A DNA stretch of 64,000 bases from Eledone cirrhosa (taxonomy: Eukaryota): positions 38,316,001 to 38,380,000 of the forward strand of contig OZ024750.1 in NCBI GenBank assembly GCA_964016885.1, written 5' to 3'. Made by a program: the position numbers and the translations under genes. Numbering within the stretch: the first letter of the stretch is position 1; each line of letters begins with the position of its first letter. Positions 61,301 through 64,000 of this stretch are shown here, piece after piece. A model generated the notes under the pieces. The model did not search any database and was not told the DNA's origin. It saw nothing but the letters and a program-made list of their open reading frames with translations.

Positions 61301-63420
61301 CATGAAGCTATGACTAACCTGTACACTGTATGTGATGTACAATGAAGCTATGACTAACCCGTACACTGTATGTGATGTACCATGAAGCTATGGTTAACCT
61401 GTACACTGTATGTGATGTACCATGAAGCTATGGCTAACCTGTACACTGTATGTGATGTACCATGAAGCTATGGCTAACCTGTACACTGTATGTCATGTAC
61501 CATGAAGCTATGACTAACCTATACACTGTATGTGATGTACCATGAAGCTATGACTAACCTGTACACTGTATGTGATGTACCATGAAGCTATGGCTAACCT
61601 GTACACTGTTTGTGATGTACCATGAAGCTATGGCTAACCTGTACACTGTATGTGATGTACCATGAAGTTATAGCTAACCTGTACACTGTATGTGATGTAC
61701 CATGAAGCTATGACTAATCTGTACACTGTATGTGATGTACCATGAAGCTATAGCTAACCTGTACACTGTATGTGATGTACCATGAAGCTATGGCTAACCT
61801 GTACACTGTATGTGATGTACCATGAAGCTATGGCTAACCTGTACACTGTATGTGATGTACCATGAAGCTATGGCTAACCTGTACACTGTATGTGATGTAC
61901 CATGAAGCTATGACTAACCTGTACACTGTATATGATGTACCATGAAGCTATGACTAACATGTACACTGTATGCGATGTACCATGAAGCTATGACTAACCT
62001 GTACACTGTATGTGATGTACCATGAAGCTTTGACTAACCTATACACTGTATGTGATGTACCATGTAGCTATGACTAACATTTACACTGTATGTGATGTAC
62101 CATGAAGCTATGGCTAACCTGTACACTGTATGTGATGTACCATGAAGCTATGGCTAACCTGTACACTGTATGTGATGTACCATGAAGTTATGACTAACAT
62201 GTACACTGTATGTGATGTACCATGAAGCTATGACTAACCTGTACACTGTATGTGATGTACCATGAAGCTATGGATAACCTGTACACTGTATGTGATGTAC
62301 CATGAAGCTATGACTAACCTATACACTGTATGTGATGTACCATGAAGCTATGACTAACCTGTACACTGTATGTGATGTACAATGAAGCTATGACTAACCC
62401 GTACACTGTATGTGATGTACCATGAAGCTATGGTTAACCTGTACACTGTATGTGATGTACCATGAAGCTATGGCTAACCTGTACACTGTATGTGATGTAC
62501 CATGAAGCTATGGCTAACCTGTACACTGTATGTCATGTACCATGAAGCTATGACGAACCTATACACTGTATGTGATGTACCATGAAGCTATGACTAACCT
62601 GTACACTGTATGTGATGTACCATGAAGCTATGGCTAACCTGTACACTGTTTGTGATGTACCATGAAGCTATGGCTAACCTGTACACTGTATGTGATGTAC
62701 CATGAAGTTATAGCTAACCTGTACACTGTATGTGATGTACCATGAAGCTATGTCTAATCTGTACACTGTATGTGATGTACCATGAAGCTATAGCTAACCT
62801 GTACACTGTATGTGATGTACCATGAAGCTATGACTAACCTGTACACTGTATGTGATGTAACATGAAGCTATAGCTAACCTGTACACTGTATGTGATGTAC
62901 CATGAAGCTATGACTAACCTATACACTGTATGTGATGTACCATGAATATATAGCTAACCTGTACACTGTATGTGATGTACCATGAAGCTATGACTAACCT
63001 GTACACTGTATGTGATGTACCATGAAGCTATGGCTAACCTGTACACGGTATGTGATGTACCATGAAGCTATGGCTAACCTGTACACTGTATGTCATGTAC
63101 CATGAAGCTATGACTAACCTATACACTGTATGTGATGTACCATGAAGCTATGACTAACCTGTACACTGTATGTGATGTACCATGAAGCTATGGCTAACCT
63201 GTACACTGTTTGTGATGTACCATGAAGCTATGGCTAACCTGTACACTGTATGTGATGTACCATGAAGTTATAGCTAACCTGTACACTGTATGTGATGTAC
63301 CATGAAGCTATGACTAATCTGTACACTGTATGTGATGTACCATGAAGCTATAGCTAACCTGTACACTGTATGTGATGTACCATGAAGCTATGACTAACCT
63401 GTACACTGTATGTGATGTAC
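52400..63420. repeat. Nested duplications at offsets of 680, 3160, 3600 and 3720 bp. The clearest is ~56200-59700 repeated at ~59920-63420 (93 monomers).
   Basis: gtaaactgta 53361/56521/60241; tgtgaagtac 56891/60611; tgacgaacct 55231/58831/62551; catgaatata 52901/56061 and 59221/62941. At offset 680: catgtagcta 54061/54741 and aatgaagcta 54381/55061. Confidence 0.87.
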
Positions 63421-64000
63421 CATGAAGCTATGACTAACCTATACACTGTATGTGATGTACCATGAATATATAGCTAACCTGTACACTGTATGTGATGTAC
63501 CATGAAGCTATGGCTAACCTGTACACTGTATGTGATGTACCATGAAGTTATAGCTAACCTGTACACTGTATGTGATGTACCATGAAGCTATGACTAATCT
63601 GTACACTGTATGTGATGTACCATGAAGCTATGACTAACCTGTACACTGTATGTGATGTAACATGAAGCTATAGCTAACCTGTACACTGTATGTGATGTAC
63701 CATGAAGCTATGACTAACCTATACACTGTATGTGATGTACCATGAATATATAGCTAACCTGTACACTGTATGTGATGTACCATGAAGCTATGACTAACCT
63801 GTACACTGTATGTGATGTACCATGAAGCTATGACTAACCTGTACACTCTATGTGATGTACCATGAAGCTATGGCTAACCTGTACACTGTATGTGATGTAC
63901 CATGAAGCTATGGCTAACCTTTACACTGTATGTGATGTACCATGAAGCTATGGCTAACCTGTACACTGTATGTGATGTACCATGAAGCTATGGCTAACCT

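Larger units (their letters stand above)
1..64000. repeat. Tandem satellite array of a 40-bp monomer (consensus TGTACACTGTATGTGATGTACCATGAAGCTATGACTAACC), about 1,600 copies, head-to-tail, open at both window ends
   Basis: Read directly: 1,185 40-bp units at 1-47400, one 39-bp unit at 47401-47439, then 414 units plus 1 base to 64000. Units typically differ from consensus by 0-3 substitutions. No non-repeat sequence or inversion was seen. Confidence 0.99.

Noticed and set aside
41-62000. CpG-creating variants at all seven TpG sites, suggesting ancestral CpG decay
   Set aside because: T>C variants also occur at non-TpG positions (e.g. in the 10-mers at 11911, 20931, 35941, 36561 and 38041). 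Ordinary transition bias is enough without a formal count.
1-64000. CRISPR array (repeat length lies in the CRISPR range)
   Set aside because: There are no unique spacers. Monomers abut directly and differ only by point substitutions, and no leader or cas gene is present.
1-64000. Giant repetitive protein-coding ORF on either strand
   Set aside because: The 40-bp period cycles through all three frames. The plus strand has TGA at positions 14, 24 and 32 and TAA at 36, and the minus strand has TAG twice per 120 bp in each frame. Open stretches in the consensus are under 40 codons in the standard code.
1-64000. Tandem tRNA, rRNA, snRNA or other structured RNA genes
   Set aside because: The unit is too short and shows no cloverleaf, Pol III boxes or stable stem. 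Only 4-10-bp dyads are present.
1-64000. Telomeric repeat or G-quadruplex array
   Set aside because: There are no G-runs or canonical telomere motif. CTAACC (GGTTAG on the minus strand) resembles part of a TTAGG-type repeat but occurs only once per 40 bp.
1-64000. One fixed-period higher-order repeat across the window
   Set aside because: Observed offsets vary (4, 15, 17, 36, 43, 44, 60, 79, 93, 119 and 133 monomers) and each is local, so no global period exists.
1-64000. Embedded mobile element, inversion or unique island
   Set aside because: Reading through the window, every line conforms to the monomer in the same orientation. The only phase change seen is the 1-bp deletion near 47,407.

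Overview
The whole 64,000-bp window is one uninterrupted head-to-tail tandem array of a 40-bp monomer, consensus TGTACACTGTATGTGATGTACCATGAAGCTATGACTAACC (40% GC, no CpG). It holds about 1,600 copies in a single orientation and runs off both ends. I can support no protein-coding gene, RNA gene, mobile element or CRISPR array. It looks most like eukaryotic satellite or large minisatellite DNA, but I do not recognise the family or the organism. The information lies in the pattern of monomer variants. Positions 33-34 take three common states (GA/GG/AG), position 2 takes two (G/A), and many rare substitutions act as lineage markers. These markers reveal nested, in-register duplications from 160 bp to 5.3 kb, hybrid junction monomers, spatially restricted variant domains and a recurring multi-monomer cassette. 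I saw only one indel, a 1-bp deletion near 47,407. I found no direct evidence of a new gene-based system. All comparisons and counts were done by eye and need confirming by alignment.
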